Source: Setoptus koraiensis (taxonomy: Eukaryota > Animalia > Arthropoda). Taken from it: a stretch of DNA of 64,000 nucleotides. The position numbers and the translations under genes were made by a program. The notes below the pieces were generated by a model. That model saw only the letters and a program-made list of their open reading frames with translations. It did no database searches and was not told where the DNA came from. Positions 38,279 to 48,095 of the stretch are shown one piece after another; within the stretch, counting starts at the first letter, position 1; every line of letters starts with the position of its first letter. The stretch spans positions 2,666,001 through 2,730,000 of the forward strand of contig CM106585.1 of assembly GCA_048013815.1 (NCBI GenBank), given 5' to 3'.

Positions 38279-39109
38279 CTATTGTACATTGATATTGTTT
38301 ATTTTATCCATGTCGTTTGATGATTCTAGAGAAAGTAAAGAATTTTTATTGGGGCACAACAATTGATCGTGTATAAGACTGTGTATGTTAGACAATGTAT
38401 CACGAGCGTCACGCGTGGTTAAGCCACATAAACTCCTAAATTGAACTATATTTTGATTTAGCAAGAAAACACCATTGTTGAATTCTCTGCATTCCCTACT
38501 TTTGAATGATTCTATGTATAATGGGAAATAATGCTGGCTGGTATAATCATATAAAATCAATGATCTTGAACCCAAGTTTTTGATTTGATAGCGTAGTGGT
38601 GCATCCAGGATAGAACTTAACATTAGCAATAATTGTCCGACATAGCCAATAGCCACACTGATCATCTTTTCATCGTGGCCATCAAAATCTTCCGAGCTAG
38701 GTAAATGTATGTCACAAATAGAGTATCCACCTCTCTTATCAGGGAATTTCACAATCGGAAATATGTCAACGAGATCGTTCAGCAACTTACGCCGCCTTGT
38801 GCAAGTTTGTGACCAGAGGCCTTTGAGTTTTTTGCTGGATTCCAGTAACTGATCATTTTTCAGGTTATCAATGAGCTGTTTATTATTTTCAATTAGAGAA
38901 ACTAACATTTTGAATGTCATTTCATGTTTATCACTCGATTTTTTGAATTCATTTAATGACTTTTGTTTTGACGTTAAAACATTCTGTTCGTGATGCAATT
39001 CCGACTTGAGTAACCTACACCGGCATAAGAGCAGTCTGGTATCTTGAATGATGCGCTCATTAGCGGCCAACGTGGTTAACGTTGATAAATCGTAAGTATT
39101 GTTGTCCAT
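38279..39109 (-). CDS. UVRAG: UVRAG/Vps38-like PI3K complex II subunit, short form (coiled coil plus BARA2-like region), 276 aa
   Basis: Coiled coil followed by DIFPI...YSICDIHLPSSEDFDGHDEKMISVAIGYVGQLLLMLSSILDAPLRYQI...GSRS...FPLY...GVFLLNQNIVQFRSLCGL, the UVRAG signature. Confidence 0.8.
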   Translation of the reverse strand: MDNNTYDLSTLTTLAANERIIQDTRLLLCRCRLLKSELHHEQNVLTSKQKSLNEFKKSSDKHEMTFKMLVSLIENNKQLIDNLKNDQLLESSKKLKGLWSQTCTRRRKLLNDLVDIFPIVKFPDKRGGYSICDIHLPSSEDFDGHDEKMISVAIGYVGQLLLMLSSILDAPLRYQIKNLGSRSLILYDYTSQHYFPLYIESFKSRECREFNNGVFLLNQNIVQFRSLCGLTTRDARDTLSNIHSLIHDQLLCPNKNSLLSLESSNDMDKINNINVQ

Positions 39110-39869
39110 CTTTCAGATTGTTTATATCTTAAAAAATGTATATTTTACCGGGATTGCATTGGATAATACATCTTGACGTGTAAGCCATATTGGCGAAAAA
39201 ATGTGCTCGCAGTCAGAATTTTAATTTTATAAAGTAGGTTTGTTAGTTAATTTATTTCTGGGAATCGCGCGAGATTCGAACGGGAAAAGTGATGAAGGGA
39301 GGTTGTCTCTCCCGGCTAGGTACCGGGAGTCGTTTCCCCGGCAAAAATACTTCAATAGGACCTTTCGCCTCTCCCGCTACCCATCCTCCTCCCGTTTTCT
39401 TCTGTCCTCTAATTGTCACAAGTTCATGTCGCGCGGAGTGAAAATAAAAGACGGATTTTTTCATAAAAATACGACGGTAAACGTCGCAAGATTAAAAACC
39501 AAAAATGTATTTCTAACTCGTTTCATATAAATCCGTGTCCTTGTTGCATTTTCAGTTGATATTCTGCTAATCAATGCTGAAATTCATCTAACAATCAATT
39601 CATAGTATCTTGTAAATCTCGCAGCATTTTACCGGGTTTTTCAATACGAAATTGGGTCTGTATTCATTATCAATAGTAAGGGAGACTGCAACAAAACGGA
39701 GCAAGGCGGGAGGTTTCTATGCGAAAATGTCCCACCGAGAAAATCTCCCTTTCCCTTTGCCAAAATCTCCCCGCACCGTAAAAAACTCATTTGTGTTTTT
39801 TCGAATTCAGCGCTCTAGAATTACGAAGAAACATCACGTTTCTGCGCATAAGCCAATCCAAATATCTAT

Positions 39870-39912
39870 AGAAATATCTAGAAGGAGTAGGCATGGTAAT
39901 CCTTCTCGAAAC
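39870..39912. promoter_or_regulatory. Imperfect heat-shock elements upstream of Hsp110
   Basis: aGAAatATCtaGAAg (39870-39884) and cTTCtcGAAac (39902-39912), nGAAn inverted-array-like, 150-200 bp upstream of the ATG. Confidence 0.4.
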
Positions 39913-40064
39913 CTCGATCTTTGAAACATAAGCTACTTTTGGCATAAGGCTTCTGAAGAATCCGAATTAGTCATAACATATTATCAGTTTTAACATACAT
40001 TCTTTTGTATCTCATAAAACCTCATAACAACAGATTATACAATATTATAAATCATACCGAAACA

Positions 40065-42332
40065 ATGACAGCAGCCAGTTGCGGTATATCGCTTGGAAAC
40101 GACAACTGCTATGTTGCAGCCGGTCGAGGTGGCGGAATAGAGATACTTCTCAATGAATACAGTCAAAGATCGACCCCGGCCGTGGTTTCCTTTGGGGATC
40201 AGCAACGTCTTATTGGTGTTGCAGCAACTCAAAATCAATTAATGAACCTCCAAAACACAATCTATAACCTAATGCGTTTGATTGGACGTCAATATAACGA
40301 CTATGTTCAGCACGATGATTCGAATCTACCTTTCCACATCGAAGAGGCACCAGGAGGCCAGATTGCAGTATGTGTTAGGCATAACGGCCAAGAGAGGAAA
40401 TTCACTACTATACAGATTATGGGAATGCTATTGACGAAATTGAGAGAGATTGCCTCTAATGCAACGGATTGTGTATTAAATTGTCCAAATTATTACACGG
40501 ACTCACAAAGGCGCGCTCTTATCGAGGCAGCTCGTATAGCCGGGCTGAACCCACTTCAACTCATACCTGATATGACATCAGTGGCACTCTATTATGCCTA
40601 CTATCGCACATCCAAAGACGATCAAGACCACAAAATCATTGCTTTTATCAATGTTGGTCAATCGAGCACACAAACATCTGTGGTATGGTTTGATACCAAA
40701 AAAGAATTGGTTCGAGTCTTGGCTGCTGACTACGAGGCTAACCTCGGCGGTAGGAACCTTGACGAAATACTGGCCAAACATTTCGTACAGACTCACAATC
40801 TTAAGCTAAGTCGAAAATCACAATTCCGTTTATTGGCAGAATGCCAAAAACTAAAGAAACTTCTGAGCGCCAATTCGAACGAGATCCCCATCAATATAGA
40901 GTGTTTAGAATCCGATGATAAAGACTTTTCGGCTAGAATAGACAGAAATACCTTCGAGGAACTGGCTGGAGATATATTCAGTCAGATGGAAACATGTTTC
41001 GTAAGAACTCTCCAGACAGCTCAGGCAAACTTTGAGCAGTACAAACAACAGTCTGGTCAATCAGGAAAACTCGTCGAACTTATGTTCAAGATTCAGGACG
41101 TGGAGATCGTCGGTGGATCCAGCAGAGTACCTGCAATAAAACGTACCATCCAGAAAGTCTTTGGCCATGAGGCCTCAACAACACTCAACACCGACGAAGC
41201 AGTAGCTCGAGGTTGCGTTTTACAATGTGCAGCTCTGCATCCGGTCTTTAAAGTTAAGCGAGAAATCAAGATATCCGACTATAATCCTTACACTATCAAT
41301 CTTAAGTATTGGTTTCCCAGTGAAAATGGCGGCGAGGAACAAATTTTACAGATCCCCAGTGTTTTCCCTAAAGGCCACCCAATGCCTTTTACACGTCAAA
41401 TAACTTTGACTTGTCAGAGTCTACCTCTAGTTGTGGAGCTTGAGTATGTCACGCCAAATACTGAAACAGCATCTATATGTCAGCTCAGAGTTGTTGCTAC
41501 AGAAGGCTTCGATCTTGAACAATCTACGAAAAAATTAAAGCTGAGAGTTCGACTTGATCCCAGCGGCTTAGTCGGTTTGGAAGAAGCAAGTGTCAAGGTC
41601 ATGGCTACCATTCTTGAAGATGTCGAGGTGCCCATGGAAGTGGACGAAGTCGTTGATCAGCAGCAGGATCCGACTGCTGGGAAACCACAGGACCCGGCTG
41701 GTGGAAAACCGCAAGAGCAGGTTGCAGGCAACCCTCAGGAGCAGGCTGCAGGCAATCCTCAAGACGAGAATCCCGAAAAGGCGCACGATCAGGATGCTTC
41801 TGATAAATTGCAAGAGCAGGCAGCCAATAAGCAGCAAGATCAGGCTGCTCCAAGACCTACAAAAACAGTAAAGAAAGAAAAAGTTATTAGCAAGAATATA
41901 CCTATGGCAATCGAAACTGCGTGGGTGCGTGGTTTCTTCACTCACAATGAAGCGATGGAGCTGCGTGATATAGAGTTGAGTCTTATAGCCAACGACTGCG
42001 AGTGGAAAGGTAAGATGGATGCAAGGAATACATTGGAGGAATTTATATATGATTGGCGCTCTAAGCTAGAATCTACAGAGAACGACCACCTAATCAGAGT
42101 CGACTCTAAGAGCAAGTTCCTTCAAGATATCACGGCGATAGAAAATTGGCTATATGAAGGTGAAGGAGAAGACGAGTCTAAGAGTGTGTACGACTCCAAG
42201 TTATCTACTCTCAAAAAACAATACTTATTGCCTCCTGCACCCCCAAAGCCAAAGGAACCAGAACCTGCCGCAGCTCAGCCTGAGAGTGCTAACGGGGGAG
42301 ACTCAAGTAACACAACTAAGCAAGAAGTCTAA
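40065..42332 (+). CDS. HSPA4: Hsp110/HSPA4-family (Hsc70Cb-like) Hsp70 nucleotide-exchange factor, intronless, about 755 aa
   Basis: GGIEILLNEYSQRSTPAVVSF, VEIVGGSSRVPAIK, STTLNTDEAVARGCVLQCAALHP, acidic insertion in the substrate-binding domain, DARNTLEEFIY...ENWLYEGEGED. ATG at 40065. Confidence 0.92.
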   Translation: MTAASCGISLGNDNCYVAAGRGGGIEILLNEYSQRSTPAVVSFGDQQRLIGVAATQNQLMNLQNTIYNLMRLIGRQYNDYVQHDDSNLPFHIEEAPGGQIAVCVRHNGQERKFTTIQIMGMLLTKLREIASNATDCVLNCPNYYTDSQRRALIEAARIAGLNPLQLIPDMTSVALYYAYYRTSKDDQDHKIIAFINVGQSSTQTSVVWFDTKKELVRVLAADYEANLGGRNLDEILAKHFVQTHNLKLSRKSQFRLLAECQKLKKLLSANSNEIPINIECLESDDKDFSARIDRNTFEELAGDIFSQMETCFVRTLQTAQANFEQYKQQSGQSGKLVELMFKIQDVEIVGGSSRVPAIKRTIQKVFGHEASTTLNTDEAVARGCVLQCAALHPVFKVKREIKISDYNPYTINLKYWFPSENGGEEQILQIPSVFPKGHPMPFTRQITLTCQSLPLVVELEYVTPNTETASICQLRVVATEGFDLEQSTKKLKLRVRLDPSGLVGLEEASVKVMATILEDVEVPMEVDEVVDQQQDPTAGKPQDPAGGKPQEQVAGNPQEQAAGNPQDENPEKAHDQDASDKLQEQAANKQQDQAAPRPTKTVKKEKVISKNIPMAIETAWVRGFFTHNEAMELRDIELSLIANDCEWKGKMDARNTLEEFIYDWRSKLESTENDHLIRVDSKSKFLQDITAIENWLYEGEGEDESKSVYDSKLSTLKKQYLLPPAPPKPKEPEPAAAQPESANGGDSSNTTKQEV

Positions 42333-42391
42333 CGAGATTCCATTATTACAGCTAGAAAATAAATATTACTATTGAATAAGATTCACTTAAA

Positions 42392-43552
42392 TCACATTCT
42401 AGACTTTTTTATCATTCTATGAGCAATCACAACCTTCTTATGAACTTGCTTACATCCTGACTTGGAGTATAGTTCTATCACTGGAGGGGTGTACGACATT
42501 TCATCAGCTACACTATCTACCAACTCTTCGATCTGTTTTTTTTCAGTGTTTTGATCTATTTGCATTTTCGAAACTTCGTCCCTAATACACAACTTCACAT
42601 GTGATCTTTCCATGGGAAGGAATGGAACGAAAACATCAATCAGATATCTCTCAATTATCGAGCTATTCCTTAGTCCACCATCCTCATTGAAAGAACCCAA
42701 TCGGACAATTTCCTCTAGATCTTTAATCATACGTGGGTCATCTCTTTCTCGGCCAGATTTGTATATCTCATAAGCAAATTCATTGAGTTGTTTACCACCA
42801 GTGTTGGATAATAGAATAAATATTGATTTGAAGTAGTTGATACCATCAATTCTTGCGCTGTAATCAACAAATGGATTGAGAACATCTATTATACCTTGGG
42901 GTAACTTGTCGACTTCATCTATGATAATAAGGCTGCGTTCACAAATTTCTACTTGAGTCCTTATCATATCTTTCAATTTTCTGCGATATATTTCCAAATC
43001 TTCGTTATTATCTATAACTGAAGGAAAATCATAGGACGCCATTATCTTGCGTACGAATTTGGATTTCTCTCCGTAAGCATATAAATTTTTAGCTATCAGG
43101 TTACTGACGAAAGACTTTCCTGTTCCAGTCCAACCACTGAAGTACATGACGAGCGCTTTCGGAGGGGTTTCTGCTCTCAAGTGAGCTTTGATTGATTCAC
43201 ATATCGGTTCAATTACAAAAGGTTGACCATGGACCTTCTGATTCATGTCCGTCCTTAGTTGGTCATGGCCTGAGTATCGAATGTAAGGGCCTGTTTTATT
43301 TACAGCTAGTCCGATAAGATCAACATGGTCGCTCCAGATTGATTTGTGATTCCTATCATGACAGCATTCTTGGTATTGACAATTCAACACGTCTTTTTTA
43401 GACACACCATACATCATAGCAACGGTTGCAATAATTCCAGAGGTAATAGAAATTGGTTCAAATGCTGCAACAAGAGTAGTCTTACGTAAAATAAGCACCC
43501 TGAATATAAATAGTAAAATTATTGTCCAAGCGAATCCGTGTTTGGTCCTCAT
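42392..43552 (-). CDS. Torsin: Torsin family ER/nuclear-envelope AAA+ ATPase, intronless, 386 aa
   Basis: Signal peptide and hydrophobic segment (FEPISITSGII), ECC, VHGQP, Walker A GWTGTGKS, Walker B IIDEVDK, FILLSNTGG, FVPFLPMER, C-terminal SKSGCK redox motif. Confidence 0.95.
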   Translation of the reverse strand: MRTKHGFAWTIILLFIFRVLILRKTTLVAAFEPISITSGIIATVAMMYGVSKKDVLNCQYQECCHDRNHKSIWSDHVDLIGLAVNKTGPYIRYSGHDQLRTDMNQKVHGQPFVIEPICESIKAHLRAETPPKALVMYFSGWTGTGKSFVSNLIAKNLYAYGEKSKFVRKIMASYDFPSVIDNNEDLEIYRRKLKDMIRTQVEICERSLIIIDEVDKLPQGIIDVLNPFVDYSARIDGINYFKSIFILLSNTGGKQLNEFAYEIYKSGRERDDPRMIKDLEEIVRLGSFNEDGGLRNSSIIERYLIDVFVPFLPMERSHVKLCIRDEVSKMQIDQNTEKKQIEELVDSVADEMSYTPPVIELYSKSGCKQVHKKVVIAHRMIKKSRM

Positions 43553-43931
43553 TTTGAACTATGTCCTTGAACTTCCTCAAAATGGTTTGTGTGCAAGGTC
43601 TGTTGCAGTTTAGATGAAACATTAGCTGACAAACGTCGTGTACAATTAATTCATAAATAATCAAGAGATTAAGACCCAAAAATAAGTTTCATAACATACA
43701 AGTCGAAAATTCTTGCGAAATAAATTTTTGTTTTTTTTTTATTATAACATGCTGATACTCGTCATGAAGAAATGTGAACACATGGCGAGAATTTGATAAC
43801 ATGAAGGCATAATGCGCGCATGTGAACCACCCCAAACAGAGCTCAGTAACATTGGTGTATTTAGCCACCTAGCATCATCGAAGAAAGTGACATTACCAGT
43901 ATACAAATGATAAATGTAAACCTCTAGTTTC

Positions 43932-45935
43932 TCATTCGTGGATAGGTGACTTGGAGAATGACACCCTCAAATGATTATCCTCGCTGATTTCATAATTATG
44001 CATCTTAATCAGAGCTATTGTAGCATATTCAACAGAATCCAATTTCACCAAGGCCATCTTCCTGCAGAATTCAAAATGGGTGAAAAATGTAAATAACCAA
44101 AGCATGTTAGACGTAATTTTTTACTATGAACTTTTACATCAGCTTGAAAAATTAACTCTTACCTATCTTTGGGGAAAAATTTCAACGTGGCGTAATCAAA
44201 CCCACATTCTTTCTTGAATGCATTGCTTATTTCAACTTCGCTCACTGATGCTGGAATGTTGGACACATGAAGAGTGTTAGACGGTGGATAAATATTGAGA
44301 TAGTTTCTTGAACCTGGTATCTTGAATCTATGTAGAGGCGAATTCGTGAAGTCTTTGGTGAGACCAGCGTCTGATTGATTTCCATCACGTGGCATTTGCA
44401 CTAATTGGTGTTTGCTTTGCGTGACACGGATGGATTTTCCAAAAACTCTTTGCCTGTCGAGAAAACTTTGTGCCACCTGGGCTTGATTTGGCTCGGCCAT
44501 CTGAATGAGAGCGTTGTCTTTCTTATTAAATAAGATTTTTACCCTCATCACGTCACCAAAAACACCTATAGGATTTGTTAGTTTGAGAAAAGATATTGTT
44601 AGTAATGTAACTAATGGAGATTCAGTCCACCCATGTTGTAATGTGCTTAATCTAATACTGTCTATTAGATAAATTGTCATAAAAGTTTCATGTAAGTGTC
44701 TGTGTGTTACTTATTCTACAAAGATGTATCTATACACTAAATGACATACCAAAGAGTGTGAACAAAGCTTCAGGAGTTGCCAACTTTAGATTGGAAGCAA
44801 GTAAGTATTAATAGTGTTTGTTATAGCGGTAGTAGTAGTCATACGTTCATGGTGTGGTATTTCAGATTGATCATAGTGAATCATTTGTGCATGATTTAAC
44901 ATAATAGTGTGATTGTGCAAGGAGATACAAATTATAATAAAATTTAATCAGACATTTTAAGATAAATAATGAAGATAAAAGATTTCCATTCGTATTAATT
45001 ATGAATGTGTGTCAATGACAAGATAGTTTCTGATTGATAAAGAGATAGAGAGAAAGAGGGATGTGAAAGGTATGCTAGTCTTGGGAACTGTCTTGTTTTG
45101 TCTATTATCTCATGATATACTATACCTGTTCGTCTAGATTGGATGCTAAAAGCACTGGTCCACATGGAATCACTCTTTGTTGTTGTTGTTGTTGCTGGAG
45201 TGCTTGCTGTTGGAAACTGTTGAATACCATAGCATATTGATTATGAGCTTGCGATAGACCATGTCCATAAGCAGGCGGAGGCTCTGTACTTTGATTATTT
45301 GATCGTTGCAGAGAAGCTAGAACAGCTGCTGCTAAGGCATTGAATGAAGGATTAGTTGAGGCTAGCTTCAGCATGGGAGCTAAACTGGAGGGGTCTAGCA
45401 GGGGATTAGCGCCGATAAGCGGTTCGAATTGGAGGTCATTATGATTCTTTTGGACACCAACACTATTATGTATACCTCCTCCCATAACGTTCATTGAGCT
45501 TGATGAGCCTTGGGGTAGATTGGAGTTGGTAAAATCTCTAGATTTGTCATTGTTAAATTTAACATTAAGACATTCTAATTTGGAATAATCAATGCGCATG
45601 GTGCAGGCATTTGGATAGATGTTTTGATTATCTAGTGTCGTTTTGGCTATTTGGGCGAACCTGGGTGAATTGAATTGGACCAATGATTGGAATTTTCCAT
45701 TTTTATTAAAAGTCACTATCTTGTCGACCTTGCCAGCATTCGAGAAGACATCATGAAGTGCCTCTAGAGTGATTGGATTCACCATGTTTTCAATGACGAC
45801 CCTTATGACCGAGGTTGGCTCTTCTGCATCTCTGATCCGTTTGCTAATTGGCCCTCCAACATCATTCAATGATGTGCCTGAATCATCTGAGCAATCTTTT
45901 CGTTTAAAAGAATTCGTTGTGGTGAGGCTTTCCAT
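43932..45935 (-). CDS. heph: Polypyrimidine tract-binding protein (PTB/hephaestus). Exons (minus): 45935-45126, 44783-44750 (34 nt), 44565-44163, 44061-43932; 458 aa
   Basis: Exon lengths 810+34+403+130=1377 nt, in frame. RRM2 ([23 protein letters not shown]...[16 protein letters not shown]), RRM3 ([10 protein letters not shown]|[12 protein letters not shown]|[22 protein letters not shown]), RRM4 ([12 protein letters not shown]...PKDR|KMAL...HLRVSFSKS). Confidence 0.93.
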
Positions 45936-47059
45936 GGTTGAATTTAATATTATTCTACAGTATAAATATAATGTATATGTAATAATAAAAAAAAAGTAAT
46001 TTTATCTCTTTCCAATCAAATACTACTCGGGCAGAATAGCAGTGCGAGTAATGGAAAATATTGAAGAGATATTTTTTTTTTATTTTGTCTTGCACAGCTG
46101 AAGTGGCAAGTGCACAATAACTGATAGTATTTACACAGACGAGATACAATCTACAATTTAGATTAGTGACCGAGGGAGATAGGGAGGGCCATACGCATCG
46201 GGGAGCCGCTACCTCCTATCCGCCCGACAGCTGAGAAGGAGTGCTGGGAGTTCATTTCATCGTTTCCATTCAACAGGGAGCCAAAGGCAAACTCCCGGCT
46301 CCCTATTTTAAATCGGACAAAGGGAGGCGGGAGGGGTCCTCCCCCTCCTGTAAAGAGCTCAGGAGGGAGGTAGCGTCTCCTCTGATGACTAATGTAGATT
46401 TTACATGTATATTGGGTGCGCTGTTTACAGATTGCGCACACTAGCTTATAAGAAAATCCGTCGGAGGCGCTGGCGTCGGTCAAAAAGGCACAGCCACCAT
46501 TGGTGCTACCAATGGTACAGTTCGGCCACCATCTGCATATACTGTAGCTTCCACAATTCATTAGCAATATGGCATAAAAATGCACTGTGGTAGTCAGAGT
46601 AGAATTGGCAGTTCAAAAAAGGCACCAGCTTAAAACACTCTCTACACTTGAAAACGGTAATCGTCTTTGTTTTAGTGATCACTGCTAATAACGAACCATG
46701 CTGCATGTGTAGACTCATCTATTTTATTCCTTCTGTGCGTGCTTTTGTGGACACAAAGCTGGCAGCTTTTCTTTGTGCGTATCTTGGTCGGTCTTGTGCA
46801 AGCTGTCTGGATGTTGTGCGGAAAATACATAAAACCATACTGGCACAATATAATGGTTTCGTCTTTTGTGCGGTTCATCCATATACAGAGCACGCACAAA
46901 TAGGCCTTGGTGCGTGTGCACAGATAGTATAAAACAAGTCCTATTGTACCCAGTACAACCAGATATTCTATACAGAGGCTCTTCATTAGTTTGCTTCCAA
47001 ATTTCATCATCGATTGAAAACTATATTCGAATATTGATTTCGAAACGAAATAAACTGAT

Positions 47060-47554
47060 ATGTATGCACTACCTAACAAGACACAACACAAGCTTATAGT
47101 TAAAGTGAGGGGTGGCATATCACAGAAAATAGACTATTTCAATAATCCGACAACTGGTAACAAGAAAAGAACTGATGAACCTACTCCATCAAAGCAATTT
47201 CTAGAGACATCATCGCCATTTAATGATAGCAGCTCTTCATTACCAAAGCCCATATTTCACACTAACACGCATCCATCTAATGGAAAAAAGTCCTTCAATC
47301 ACCGTGCTCACAAGCAACATATATCACCAGATCACCATGAGATGATAAAATATGTTCAACAAACCTGGAAAGGAGTAGAGGAGAATGTTGAAGGTTCTAA
47401 CAGGACAAATGCCAACAAAAGGACAACCTCTCTACTTATAAGTGGGACGTATTATCATAATTCTAATTCGACTAATGCGTTGCCCAATTTCACGCCTTTC
47501 GACCTGGAGACCTTTTGGAATAATAGAATTATGAAGAGGCTCACAGAGGAATAA
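47060..47554 (+). CDS. MCRIP: MAPK-regulated corepressor-interacting protein (MCRIP/FAM195 family), 164 aa
   Basis: N-terminus MYALPNKTQHKLIVKVR resembles MYTITKGPSKLV; central HHEMIKYVQQTWKGVE; C-terminal NFTPFDLETFWNNRIMKRL matches the FAM195 FVPIDLDEWW motif. Confidence 0.78.
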   Translation: MYALPNKTQHKLIVKVRGGISQKIDYFNNPTTGNKKRTDEPTPSKQFLETSSPFNDSSSSLPKPIFHTNTHPSNGKKSFNHRAHKQHISPDHHEMIKYVQQTWKGVEENVEGSNRTNANKRTTSLLISGTYYHNSNSTNALPNFTPFDLETFWNNRIMKRLTEE

Positions 47555-47764
47555 TAAGTTAAGCAAACAAGTTGCTTATCAAATAAAAATATATTAAAGT
47601 CTGCTTGAATTTCAACCGGATAGTTTAGATATGTAGGGTGGTCTTCGTGATGAATTATATACCACCACTTAGTAAAACTAGTAATGTAGTGAGAGCATGT
47701 AATAAAGATTTGCCGAATCCGGCGATTTGACTATACAAAGTAGCTTGTTCTAGGAAGCAAGATT

Positions 47765-48095
47765 CTAAACTACCTCTAGAGTTCTTTTAAGGGTCATCAC
47801 CATACATGAAGCACCGGTGATGCATCAGACTCCGAACACTATGAGTCGGACTAGACAGGAATAGAAAAATGGTACACTTCATTATATTAGGTCTTTACAG
47901 CATGTTAGAGTGTCTTGTGCAGTGAATATTCGGACCAAGCGCTGGGTGATTCGACTCACAGTGATTGTCAACAACATTAAAGTTGCTTCTGCAGACAATC
48001 CCAGACTTTCGTCTTGATGTGGTTAGGATTGATAAAGTCATACCTAAAGTTTAGTTATAGCGACTTTGGATATGTCTATTTAGAGTGTTGATAAA
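47765..48095 (-). pseudogene. Decayed partial duplicate of the adjacent tetraspanin (EC2 to C-terminus)
   Basis: Aligns by eye to 49008-49400: YDFINPNHIKTKVWDCLQKQL*CC* versus YDFTNHDDIKTKGWDSLQKRFKCCG, and MVMTLKRTLEVV* versus MVRTLKRSLEVV*. It has in-frame stops, deletions and no recognisable N-terminal half. Confidence 0.85.

Noticed and set aside
46381-46420. CTGATGA as a hammerhead ribozyme core
   Set aside because: No correctly placed GAAA or stem II/III in any permutation.
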